Shown: positions 14,440 to 26,839 of the stretch, one piece after another
Layout: every line of letters starts with the position of its first letter
How positions within the stretch are numbered: the stretch's first letter is position 1
From: Eledone cirrhosa
Lineage: Eukaryota
Assembly: GCA_964016885.1 (NCBI GenBank)
Contig: OZ024741.1
Coordinates: forward strand, 278,876,001-278,940,000
DNA: 64,000 nt
Direction: 5' to 3'
Translations under genes and position numbers: made by a program
The notes under the pieces: model-generated
What the model was told of the DNA's origin: nothing
The model's database searches: none
Seen by the model: the letters and a program-made list of their open reading frames with translations, nothing else

Positions 14440-15549
14440 TACTTCTCTTAGGTCAGTGTTGTTTGTTTGGGTGTTGTGGTTAATCCATTCATTTTTTCTG
14501 TTTAGCCTTGGCCTTCTAAGTTCTATTTCACTGGCCTCTCTGATTTGCCTATCTGCTGGGTCATTTCTATGTTTAGATATTATTCTAATTTCTATGTTGC
14601 CTATGTTACCGTCCTGTTGTTGTCTGGCATGTTCGTATAGTACTGAACCGTTTTTTCGTCCTTTTAGTTCCCCCCAGTGTTGGTCTATCCTTTCACCTAT
14701 GTTACGTGCTGTCTCGCCTATGTATGTTGTTGTCATGTTTCTGCAAGTACCCCCTGTACATCTTATGCTATAGACTACGTTTCTAGTTTTACAGTTTATC
14801 CGGGGGTTTACCTTACATATGATACATTTCCTATTAGTACAGTGGGTTTTCTTAAAAGGATAGGTTTTGCTGATCAGGGATTTTATGGTGGTTCCTGGCT
14901 TTTCTACCACCTTAATCTTTAAGTGGGTCTTTCTCAGGGCCTTTCTACACTGGTTAGCTAATTTCCCTCCAGGAGTAGCGTCCACAAATATGACACTCTG
15001 GTATCTCTGGTTGTCGTACCATGAGGTGAATTTCCCTATCTTATGTCTATCCCTATCTAAGCTATTCCATGATTTGCTCCTGTATAATGGGCAAATTCCT
15101 TTCGTGTCCAGTTCTATGAGGGTCTTATACTTCTCCGTGGCTCCATCGTATACTCTGATTCTGTCTCTTTGGTTGTAGCCAGAGAACTGCATGCGGTTGA
15201 TTAAGTGTTGGATGTGTCTTTCCATTTCTGTTGGGTCGCACATGCGGGACACGTTCTTCATCATTCGTACCAAGTCTGCGATCAGAATATTAAACTTAGC
15301 ACTACTGGACATTGCTGAGTTTTTGAGTATCAGGTATTTGGAGGCCATGGGTTTAGCATAGTGTGAGTAGAGAATTTGGGCTCTCTCGTCTATAGTGTTA
15401 ATCCAGAGTTCCGTGTCTAATACAGGTAGTCTATTGTTAGGGTGTTTGGAAGGGTAGTCGATAGTTACAGTTATACTCTGGTGTATGGAATTAGCTATCT
15501 GGTGGATGCTTTCCATTGTGCTACGTTCTAAATCAAACTGGTTAGTGCT
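14437..15549 (-). pseudogene. Inverted duplicate of PLE thumb/linker/GIY-YIG coding region
   Basis: ORF 14437-15633 is near-identical in protein to 16637-17716 but lacks the internal stop. Confidence 0.9.
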
Positions 15550-18217
15550 TGTTAGCATCAAGCAGCGCACAAGGGATGGTGAGGTAGTATGGCTACCCAC
15601 GGATAAGTCTGGTAGGATGTCAATAGATAGCATGCCGAACTACAGCAAGGCTATGCAACCCACATCACCAACACGAGCGAAATTGCACAGCAAATACATG
15701 ATGGGAGAGAGAAAATCCTCAACGCTCACATGATGATGTGGACCGACAACCTAAAGCCAAGCAGACGCACTGCCAACAACTTCCAGGCGTCTAACAATGG
15801 CATACCACCCTTGTATGGACTCCGCAAAGACCACAAGACAGTCGACGACCCGACAACAGGACCACCAACAAGACCCGTATGCGGAGTAAATATAGCTAGC
15901 AACTACAGGATCTCCTACTTCCTCTCAATGGTTATACGCCCCATAATCAAGATGTCCCCAGATGTATGTGACAGTACAGAGGACCTCCTCAGCAGAATTA
16001 GTGAGTGCAACAAAAACAGGAACCTATCCAACTGCATAATAAGCAGCATGAATGTGGTATCACTGTACCCATCCATTAACATTGATTTTGCTGTGGAAAA
16101 ATGTGTGGAGATGATCATTGAGAGTGACGTGGAGTTCTACGACGTTGACACAGACGAGCTGGGCCTCCTACTTAGACTTACCTACGACACTGACTACCTA
16201 GACAGCCATGACGTTTCTGCCCCCGTAGTCCCATAAGTGGTGGACCCCCCCCCCCCCATAACCTCAGGCTAAAAAGACTCCCATGGGAAGGTGGATTGGG
16301 TGGACCAAAGCTATACGGACCCCCCAAAACAATGATTAAGTAAGAAAAATGGTCGCACATGCAATAGGTGCTAGTATCAAAACTACCCTAAAGGGCCACA
16401 TATTCAAGTTCAACGAGAAGATCTACACCCAAAATGAGGGAGCAGCCATTAGCGTCAGCATAGCTGGTGACGTTGCCAACCTTTTTATGGTATGGTGGGA
16501 AAGGAGACTTAAAGATCTCCTTAATGAGAGCTCCATAGACCTCATCATGTACTCTCGTTACGTAAACGATATCAATATAGTTATAAGAACATCCCCACAA
16601 GAGAGCACTAACTAGTTTGATTTAGAACGTAGCACAATGGAAAGCATCCACCAGATAGCTAATTCCATACACCAGAGTATAACTGTAACTATCGACTACC
16701 CTTCCAAACACCCTAACAATAGACTACCTGTATTAGACACGGAACTCTGGATTAACACTATAGGCGAGAGAGCCCAAATTCTCCACTCACAATATGCTAA
16801 ACCCAGGGCCTCCAAATACCTGATACTCAAAAACTCAGCAATGTCCAGTAGTGCTAAGTTTAATATTCTGATCGCAGACTTGGTACGAGTGATGAAGAAC
16901 GTGTCTCACATGTGCGACGCAACAGAAATGGAAAGACACATCTAACACTTCATCAACCGCATGCAGTTCTCTGGCTACAACCAAAGAGACAGAATCAGAG
17001 TATACGAAGGAGCCACGGAGAAGTATAAGACCCTCATAGAACTGGACATGAAAGGAATTTGCCCATTATACAGGAGCAAATCATGGAATAGCTTAGATAG
17101 AAATAGACATAAGATAGGGAAATTCACCTCATGGTACGACAACCAGAGATACCAGAGTGTCATATTTATGGACTCTACCCCTGGAGGGAAATTAGCTAAC
17201 CAGTGTAGAAAGGCCCTGAGAAAGACCCACTTAAAGATTAAGGTGGTAGAAAAGCCAGGAACCACCATAAAATCCCTGATCAGCAAAACCTACCCTTTTA
17301 AGAAAACCCACTGTACTAATAGGAAATGTATCATATGTAAGGTAAATCCCCGGATAAACTGTAAAACTAGAAACGTAGTCTATAGCATAAGATGTACAGT
17401 GGGTACTTGCAGAAACATGACAACAACATACATAGGCGAGACAGCTCGTAGCATAGGTGAAAGCATAGACCAACACTGGGAGGAACTAAAAGGACGAAAA
17501 AACGGTTCAGTACTATACGAACATGCCAGACAACAACAGGACGGTAACATAGACAACATAGAAATTAGAATAATATCTAAACATAGAAATGACCCAGCAG
17601 ATAGGCAAATCAGAGAGGCCAGTGAAATAGAACTTAGAAGGCCAAGGCTAAACAGAAAAAAAGAATGGAATAACAACAACACCCAAACAAACAACACTGA
17701 CCTAAGAGAAGTATAAATAAATAAATAAATTGATAAATAAATAAATACATACACAAGCACAATAACAACAAACACATATAAACACACACTAGTAAAGAGA
17801 GAACACATTAACCAATACACAGCCACCCAATCACGAACACACATCAAACAAAACACTATACACACACGCAAACGCATGCGCAAAGAAGACAAAATAAAAT
17901 AAACAAATAAATAAATATATAAACAGACTAAATAAAGATGGCGTAGAAAATACAATGCAACGGGAGGAAACAATAGCACCACTGACGATGTTGCAGATGT
18001 GCAATGAAAGAACTTTGATAAACTATATATATGTGTTTGTGTCTATATTGTATCTGTATTTTTGAGCGTTGGTCAGTCAATGGCAACATTGAGGCCCGAA
18101 TAAATTAGATTACCGATATAAAAGACACAGAAGCGAAAAGCGAAAACCAACCAAACAGTGAGTGTGTTCTGTTATTAATTCTGGCAATATTACACAAATA
18201 TGACCCTCCCCAAGTAT

Positions 18218-18300
<83 letters not shown>

Positions 18301-18310
18301 AAACAGTATG

Positions 18311-18407
18311 ACCCCGACGGCAGAGCTCAAGCCGTTTCGACGGCTATTTCTGGACTAAATTAGAATTTTTATTCTGGTGAATAAATAGCCGAACTTGTCA
18401 AGGGGGT
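18311..18407 (-). ncRNA. Type I hammerhead, U3-A8 variant, long stem II, full stem III
   Basis: accccc TTGACAA g-tt-cggctattt...aaatagccg-t-c GAAA cggc-ttgagctct-gccg TC ggggt. Confidence 0.8.
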
Positions 18408-18664
18408 ACTTCCTTATATGGGAAGATTGTAGTTGTCAAGAGGATTGGTTAAAATTTGTTGTAAACACAAATAAGTCTATCATGGCATTTGGTGGGAGGT
18501 ATATATATGTAACTAAGGAATTGTGGTAAGGAACCAGATGGACCATAACGCACCAGAGTACTCAATACTTAGGGTAGTAGAGTGGGTAATAGGAAAAGGT
18601 GTCACCCCGACGGCAATAGCCGTCGAAACGGCTTGAGCTCTGCCGTTGGGCTCATACATTTTCC

Positions 18665-18758
<94 letters not shown>

Positions 18759-18801
18759 GTGAGTGTGTCTGTGTCTGTGTCTGTGTTTGTGTCTGTGTGC
18801 G

Positions 18802-18847
<46 letters not shown>

Positions 18848-19173
18848 TACATATACATATGTACGTATGGGATATATCGAACATCAATAATAATGTTCGA
18901 TTCGTTTGTAAACAAAAAAAACAAAAAAACTAAGCACAACTGATACACAAATGTATACACACGTACACACACACCTATATATATATATATTCATATATAT
19001 ATATTTATATGTGTACGTGTGCATACATTTGTGTATCAGTTGTGCTTATTTTATTTTCAATATTCCTCAAGGCCAGCCGTAACTCGCCTAGTATGCAAAT
19101 GAGGGTACTCAGCCGATGTATACTTAAGAAAATACTATATATTTTCAACTGTCCAACAGACCGGTAGAGGCAT

Positions 19174-19216
19174 ACAGTCCTGATGAAGGGTAATGACCCA
19201 GAAACATGTTGATTGT
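19174..19216 (+). ncRNA. Minimal type I hammerhead ribozyme (canonical core)
   Basis: acagtc CTGATGA a-gggt-aatg-accc-a GAAA catg TT gattgt. Lies within element ~18860-19556, which is interrupted by a SINE. Confidence 0.85.
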
Positions 19217-19317
19217 TCCTCAAAGCCAGTGTTGAACAAACAGATGACGATCGGTCACCGGCACAGCTCCAAATCTTGCCATTTGTTTACAAACGAATCG
19301 AACATTATTATTAATGT

Positions 19318-19530
19318 AGATTGGCAGTATCGGCAGAGAGTCGGGCACCATGCTCTGCAGCATAGAGTAATGGCCCTTTACGGTCTGAGTTCAAATCCCG
19401 CCGAGGTTAACTTTGCCATTCATCCTTAGGGAGTCGATAAAATAAAGTACCAGTAACGCACTGGGGTAGATTTAATCGACTCCCCGCCCCCCCAAAATTA
19501 CTGACTTTGTGCCTATACTAGAAATCATTA
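19318..19530 (+). mobile_element. tRNA-derived SINE (abundant family)
   Basis: A-box-like ttggcagtatcgg, B-box gagttcaaatcc, body gaggttaactttgcc..catcc..gtcgataaaataaagtaccagt. Other copies at about 20015-20110, 20125-20345, 20427-20562, 21945-22150(-), 29393-29715, 31815-31965, 34260-34550, 34580-34765(-), 44870-45015(-) and 51338-51500. Confidence 0.85.
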
Positions 19531-20565
19531 TTAATGTTTGATATAACCCATACGTACACATGTATATGTATATATGTGTGTGTATGTATATATATATATG
19601 TGTGTGTGTGTGTATATATGTGCGTACATTTGCATACCTACATTTATATATATATGGTGGGGGTGTATATAATGTTGAACAATGTGAACAAAAGGCTTAA
19701 TTAGCTTAATTAGCTCATTGTTTTACGAACGTTTCAGAAGGTCGATTGACTATGATAAATCAATATAGTTATCTATATAGTACTTATGCAACTCAATATT
19801 ATTAGTCTCGATACTATTTATCCATCCTACCGTCTCCGTCAGAAACTAATGCCAACAGTTGTTTACGCTTATAGTTACAGACTAAAATACGATAATCGCT
19901 GCCCACTAATATATTAGCATAATGGTTAACCCACTCGCACGGCATCGTTGAGATACATGATTCGATTCCTTATAGGCGCTTCTATCCACATTTTACAGTT
20001 TCCGACTGCTTTTATCAACTCTTTGCCTTTCATCCTTACGGGGTCGATAAATAACACTCCAGTAATGCACTGGGATAATTGCTGGCCTTGTGCTAAAAGT
20101 AGAAACAATTATTTATAGTCATATGGGTGGTGGATTAGCAGAATCGGTAGAGCGTCGGACAAAATGCTTTACGGCATTTGGTTACGACTTTCTACATTCT
20201 GAGTTCAAATCCAGCCGAGGCCAGCAATATCTTTCATCCTTTCGGTGTCGATAAAATAAAGTACCAGTTACACAGTAGGCTCGATTTAATCGACGTTCCT
20301 CTCCTCCAAATTGTTGGCCTTGTGCCTAAATCAGAAACCATTATTTATATTCATCGGATATTGTAATAGTCATCTACGTTGGAACTGCTACATTTTCAAT
20401 ATCAATAGCATGATTAATATTATTAATGGCGGTGGGTTGGCAGAAACGTTAGAGGGTTGAACAACATGCCTTGTGGTACATACTTACGGCGCTTTACTTT
20501 CTTAGTTCAAATCATGTCGAGGTTAGCTTTGTCTTTCATCCTTACGGAGTCGATAAAATAAAATG

Positions 20566-21806
20566 GTCAAGTCTAAATGTTAGTTTCGTAGTGTTGAAGT
20601 CTAGGGGTTGGTTTCGTAGTGATGAAGTCTAGATATTGGTTTCGTAGTGGTGAAGTCTAGATGTTGGTTTCGTAGTGGTGAAGTCTAGATGTTAGTTTCG
20701 TAGTGGTGAAGTCTAGATGTTAGTTTCGTAGTGGTGAAGTCTAGATGTTGGTTTCGTAGTGGTGAAGTCTAGATATTGGTTTCGTAGTGGTGAAGTCTAG
20801 ATGTTGGTTTCGTAGTGGTGAAGTCTAGATGTTGGTTTCGTAGTGGTGAAGTCTAGATGTTGGTTTCGTAGTGGTGAAGTCTAGATATTGGTTTCGTAGT
20901 GGTGAAGTCTAGATATTGGTTTCGTAGTGGTGAAGTCTAGATATTGGTTTCGTAGTGGTGAAGACTAGATGTTGGTTTCGTAGTGGTGAAGTCTAGATGT
21001 TGGTTTCGTAGTGGTGAAGTCTAGATGTTGGTTTCGTAGTGGTGAAGTCTAGATATTGGTTTCGTAGTGGTGAAGTCTAGATATTGCTTTCGTAGTGGTG
21101 AAGTCTAGATATTGGTTTCGTAGTGGTGAAGTCTAGATGTTGGTTTCGTAGTGGTGAAGTCTAGATGTTGGTTTCGTAGTGGTGAAGTCTAGATATTGGT
21201 TTCGTAGTGGTCAAGTCTAGATGTTGGTTTCGTAGTGGTGAAGTCTAGATGTTAGTTTCGTAGTGGTGAAGTCTAGATGTTAGTTTCGTAGTGGTGAAGT
21301 CTAGATGTTGGTTTCGTAGTGGTGAAGTCTAGATGTTGGTTTCGTAGTGGTGAAGTCTAGATATTGGTTTCGTAGTGGTGAAGTCTAGATGTTGGTTTCG
21401 TAGTGGTGAAGTCTAGATGTTAGTTTCGTAGTGGTGAAGTCTAGATGTTGGTTTCGTAGTGGTGAAGTCTAGATGTTGGTTTCGTAGTGGTGAAGTCTAG
21501 ATATTGGTTTCGTAGTGGTGAAGTCTAGATGTTGGTTTCGTAGTGGTGAAGTCTAGATGTTGGTTTCGTAGTGGTGAAGTCTAGATATTGGTTTCGTAGT
21601 GGTGAAGTCTAGATGTTGGTTTCGTAGTGGTGAAGTCTAGATGTTAGTTTCGTAGTGGTGAAGTCTAGATGTTGGTTTCGTAGTGGTGAAGTCTAGATGT
21701 TGGTTTCGTAGTGGTGAAGTCTAGATGTTAGTTTCGTAGTGGTGAAGTCTAGATGTTGGTTTCGTAGTGGTGAAGTCTAGATGTTAGTTTCGTAGTGGTG
21801 AAGTTT
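20566..21806. repeat. Minisatellite, 28-bp unit gtttcgtagtggtgaagtctagat(g/a)tt(g/a), ~44 copies
   Basis: Head-to-tail units with no spacers. Confidence 0.97.
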
Positions 21807-22277
21807 ATAATAAAAAAAATAATGGTTATTTCTTCTATGATAGAACTATCATAGGATATTGTTTTCTAAACCTCTGCCGTTGTCCCTCTATTTCTAGTAT
21901 TATTGTTGTTGACTCGCTCATAGAAATAGATGAATAATCATTGTTTCTAATTTTGGCACATAGCGAGCAAATTAAAGGGAAGAGTAAAGTTGGTTAAGTC
22001 GGTTACTGATACTTTATTTTATTACTCCGTAAAGATGAAAGGTTAAGCTATCCTCGACAGAATTTGAATTCAGAACGTAATGACACGTAACTATATGCCA
22101 CAAAGCATGTTATCCGACGCTCTACAGAGTACCGCCAATCCACCACCTTGAATAGCTAAATAATAATATAAGTAGTAATAAATATAATAGAAATAGAATG
22201 AATCTGTCTATTCATCTATCTGTGTGCCTTTGATAAGCCGGCCCGATGTAATTCAAAGGGACAGCTTTATCCCACAC

Positions 22278-23251
22278 TATACCACACTAAACCACACTAA
22301 ATCTCCCCTAGGATTACGTACCTATACCACACTAAATCTCCCCTAGGATTAGGTACCTATACCACACTAAATCTCCCCTAGAATTAGGTACCTATACCAC
22401 ACTAAATCTCCCCTAGGATTAGGTACCTATACCACACTAAATCTCCCCTAGAATTAGGTACCTATACCACACTAAATCTCCCCTAGGATTACGTACCTAT
22501 ACCACACTAAATCTCCCCTATAATTAGGTACCTATACCACACTAAATCTCCCCTAGGATTACGTACCTATACCACACTAAATCTCCCCTAGAATTACGTA
22601 CCTATACCACACTAAATCTCCCCTAGGATTACGTACCTATACCACACTAAATCTCCCCTAGGATTAGGTACCTATACCACACTAAATCTCCCCTAGAATT
22701 AGGTACCTATACCACACTAAATCTCCCCTAGGATTAGGTACCTATACCACACTAAATCTCCCCTAGAATTAGGTACCTATACCACACTAAATCTCCCCTA
22801 GGATTACGTACCTATACCACACTAAATCTCCCCTAGAATTAGGTACCTATACCACACTAAATCTCCCCTAGGATTACGTACCTATACCACACTAAATCTC
22901 CCCTAGAATTACGTACCTATACCACACTAAATCTCCCCTAGGATTACGTACCTATACCACACTAAATCTCCCCTAGAATTAGGTACCTATACCACACTAA
23001 ATCTCCCCTAGGATTACATACCTATACCACACTAAATCTCCCCTAGGATTACGTACCTATACCACACTAAATCTCCCCTAGGATTACGTACCTATACCAC
23101 ACTAAATCTCCCCTAGAATTAGGTACCTATACCACACTAAATCTCCCCTAGGATTACGTACCTATACCACACTAAATCTCCCCTAGAATTAGGTACCTAT
23201 ACCACACTAAATCTCCCCTAGGATTACGTACCTATACCACACTAAGTCTCC
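22278..23251. repeat. Minisatellite, 35-bp unit cctataccacactaaatctcccctag(g/a)atta(c/g)gta, ~27 copies
   Basis: Head-to-tail units with two dimorphic positions. Confidence 0.97.
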
Positions 23252-23957
23252 CAGGGAATTACGGTAAGGATACAAGTGTCTGTCGATTGGAATAAAGATT
23301 GTTCCGGTGATCGAACAACAGGAACACTCATCACTGAATCTGACGTTGAAAAGATGACAGGGGCGGGATTTGAACTCAAAGCGCAGAGAGCCAGAACGAA
23401 TAAAACACAGAGTGTTGTATCCGGCATTCTTACAACTCTGTCAATTCGACGTAGCCAGAATACATTTCTTTAATATAAATAATATATTTTATGTGGTTTG
23501 ATTAGATGTTTCTACTTAGCGTTCTGTCTCATGTATACTATGTAAGTAAGTGGATGTATATTAATATATTTATTGTTGCTGTATTTGTCTCTTGTATAAA
23601 TACTGTATTTGTTTCTGTATTATGTGGGTAACACACACCACAAAGTTCAAGTGGTAAATGAAGAATATTGTTGACTGAATAAATTTATCACACTACCTAA
23701 AATATTGTTTTGTTTGATTCCAGATATGTAGTATATAATAATTCAGTTTGGCTGAATATCTGAAATACAAATATTTATAGTAACCATATCTTTTGCCGAT
23801 GGACAATATGTCACCAGTGTTGGGTCATATTACTGGCAATTTGGTAAAACACTGAGTCTTTATTGAATTAATATTTGAACTAATATTTACACAATCCCGG
23901 GCAAGATATTTTTGTGGAAGACCATCACTTGCGACTTCATATATATATATATTGCAT

Positions 23958-24089
<132 letters not shown>

Positions 24090-24090
24090 A

Positions 24091-24267
24091 TGCTACTGGT
24101 AACATGTAAACCAGTACAACCTGTCGCATGGTCGGGTCGTCAGCGACTAAACCGGCAACCCCACCAAGTTTACTTGGTGAGGAGGGTAATTTTGGACACC
24201 CTGCAGGACAAAAAAACAAAACCTGACAAAGGGCGGAAGAACTGATAAGAGTCAACGGCCATCCAAA
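24091..24267 (+). mobile_element. 5' fragment of the RTE-type non-autonomous element
   Basis: Aligns by eye to 12348-12525. Confidence 0.8.
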
Positions 24268-24327
24268 AATGTGTAAATATGTATATACACATGTACATAT
24301 GTATGTGTATGTATATAGGTGTGTATA

Positions 24328-24904
24328 TGCCTGGGGTGTCAGGGAGGGGCATGTACCTCTGTAGGGGAACTAGCCATGCCCTTTTCAGGACAGCTCGTCC
24401 TGCATTGGGTGCCACTTGACACTCAGCTCTCACCTGTGGCCCCAAGATGCTGTAGCATGCGATAGCGGCCACACCCTCGTAAACCGCCTTGACTGGCGGG
24501 CAGAACCAGGTTGAGGGTAGCGAGACGGGTCTGAAACCCCCCGATGAGTTAGATAAGGGATGCCTGCCCCTGCATGCGAAGACTGGACCCGGCGGAATGA
24601 GTGGGGGAGGACAACATCGTCCCAATGGTCACGAAGGCGGCGACAGTAAGCGGTGTGGAGCGCTAGGGCACGGCAAGGCACTACAGACGTCGTGGCCATC
24701 CACTGTAGCCAAGGAAGTCCCTGGTCGTGACGGTCCTCCGTACACCGGATTGTGGCTTCTGCGGCCGAGTGAGTGGGACCGTCACTGTGCACTGGCCCTC
24801 CCATTATAAACCTTTCCCGCACAGGTTTCTTCTTTAGCGTGTGCCCACGACAGACGGGAGCTAAATTAAGGAAGATGTCATCATCGTTCACGATGGACAA
24901 CCAA
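24328..24904 (+). mobile_element. GC-rich structured segment, probable RTE/BovB-type LINE 5' UTR fragment
   Basis: GC-rich island in AT-rich context. gtgccacttgacactcagctctcacctgtggc..tgtagcatgcgatagcggccacacc resembles recalled RTE-clade 5' UTRs. No credible ORF. Confidence 0.55.
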
Positions 24905-25186
24905 GATATATATATATATATAAATGGAAAAAATGAAATTTCATTTCTCACTTTTAGTACGGCTGATACTTAAATGTAAGTATGTATACGTACATACATA
25001 TATGTATACAGACGTACAGTAGTATGTACATATATATACATACATGCACACATATATATATGTACGTATGGGTTTACCGAACATTTATTATAATGCTCGG
25101 TGTGTTTGTAAACAAACAGCTCGAATTATTAGCCGCACAGTGTTCGGCAACCATCGCTGCCCTATTTGTTCAACACTGACAAAGTA

Positions 25187-25229
25187 ACGATGAACTAGTT
25201 TCTAGCTTATTAGCTGTCATCAGCACCGT
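25187..25229 (-). ncRNA. Minimal type I hammerhead ribozyme (canonical core)
   Basis: acggtg CTGATGA c-agct-aata-agct-a GAAA ctag TT catcgt. Inside the 428-nt-period element 24922-25440. Confidence 0.88.
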
Positions 25230-25453
25230 ATACCTTCCTGTCAGTTGATTCAACGTTTGAAAGTATATACTTTCCTTATGCATATTAATGGCTGAGCAGC
25301 CTAATTTGCATATCGAGTGAGTTAGTCGGCCGGGTGTACCGAAAACGATAAATGGAAAAAATGAAATTCCATTTCTCACTCTTAGTACGGCTGATACTTA
25401 AGTATAAGTATGTAAGCGTTCCTTTGTCAGTGTTGAACAAATAGGGCACTTAC

Positions 25454-26039
<586 letters not shown>

Positions 26040-26118
<79 letters not shown>

Positions 26119-26194
26119 TTTATATATACATATATATATATATTTTATATACATATATATATATATTTATATATATATATACATATATATATAC

Positions 26195-26258
<64 letters not shown>

Positions 26259-26278
26259 ATATATACATATATATATAC

Positions 26279-26364
<86 letters not shown>
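26040..26364. repeat. (TA)n microsatellite (longest of many; (TA)n, (CA)n, (TATG)n, (GA)n and (AAT)n tracts occur throughout)
   Basis: Directly visible in the sequence. Confidence 0.98.
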
Positions 26365-26367
<3 letters not shown>

Positions 26368-26797
26368 TAGAAGGGATATTTAATTTGTTGGAAATCCGAC
26401 AAATATAAATATAAATGTTAACTGATTTAGAGCACTCAACAAGTTCCTGGAGGTAAATATCCAATGATATTAAATAAATGGAAACTATATTTATAAAACC
26501 ATGTTTATTTTATTATATATATTGCAATGGTACCAAAACACTTTGGTACGCTTTCTTCAGATAAAATATAAAGTTTGTTTTATAAATAAAGACATACCCA
26601 GGAAAATCATACCTTATCAGTTGGATATTCTCTGGATAGTGGAAATGTATTATGGATTTTTCAAACTTATGGGTGAATATGCAAATGAATATGTAAATAA
26701 TTGAAAAGCAACCGTTTATTAAACGACTATGGAGAGTTTATATATATATAATATATGATAGTGAGAGAGAGAGAAGAGAGAAGAGAAGAAGGACAAA

Positions 26798-26839
<42 letters not shown>

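Larger units (their letters stand above)
13902..18224 (+). mobile_element. Penelope-like retroelement with a 1.65-kb inverted 5' arm
   Basis: Broken RT in 15550-16945 (LYGLRKDHK, PTRPVC, VVSLYPSI, SIAGDVANLFMVWW, YSRYVND). GIY-YIG in 16961-17716 (NVVYSIRC..YIGET). 13902-15549 is the reverse complement of 16603-18224. Confidence 0.95.

Noticed and set aside
19722-19845. CTGACGG...GAAA cg TT on the minus strand
   Set aside because: Core mismatch, very long uncertain stem II and no stem I.
20566-23251. CRISPR-like appearance of the 28-bp and 35-bp arrays
   Set aside because: Units are directly head-to-tail with no unique spacers, there are no cas genes, and the context is eukaryotic.
24170-24951. 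GC-rich ORFs of 106-173 aa
   Set aside because: No recognisable domains. Open frames are expected by chance in a GC-rich UTR-like island.
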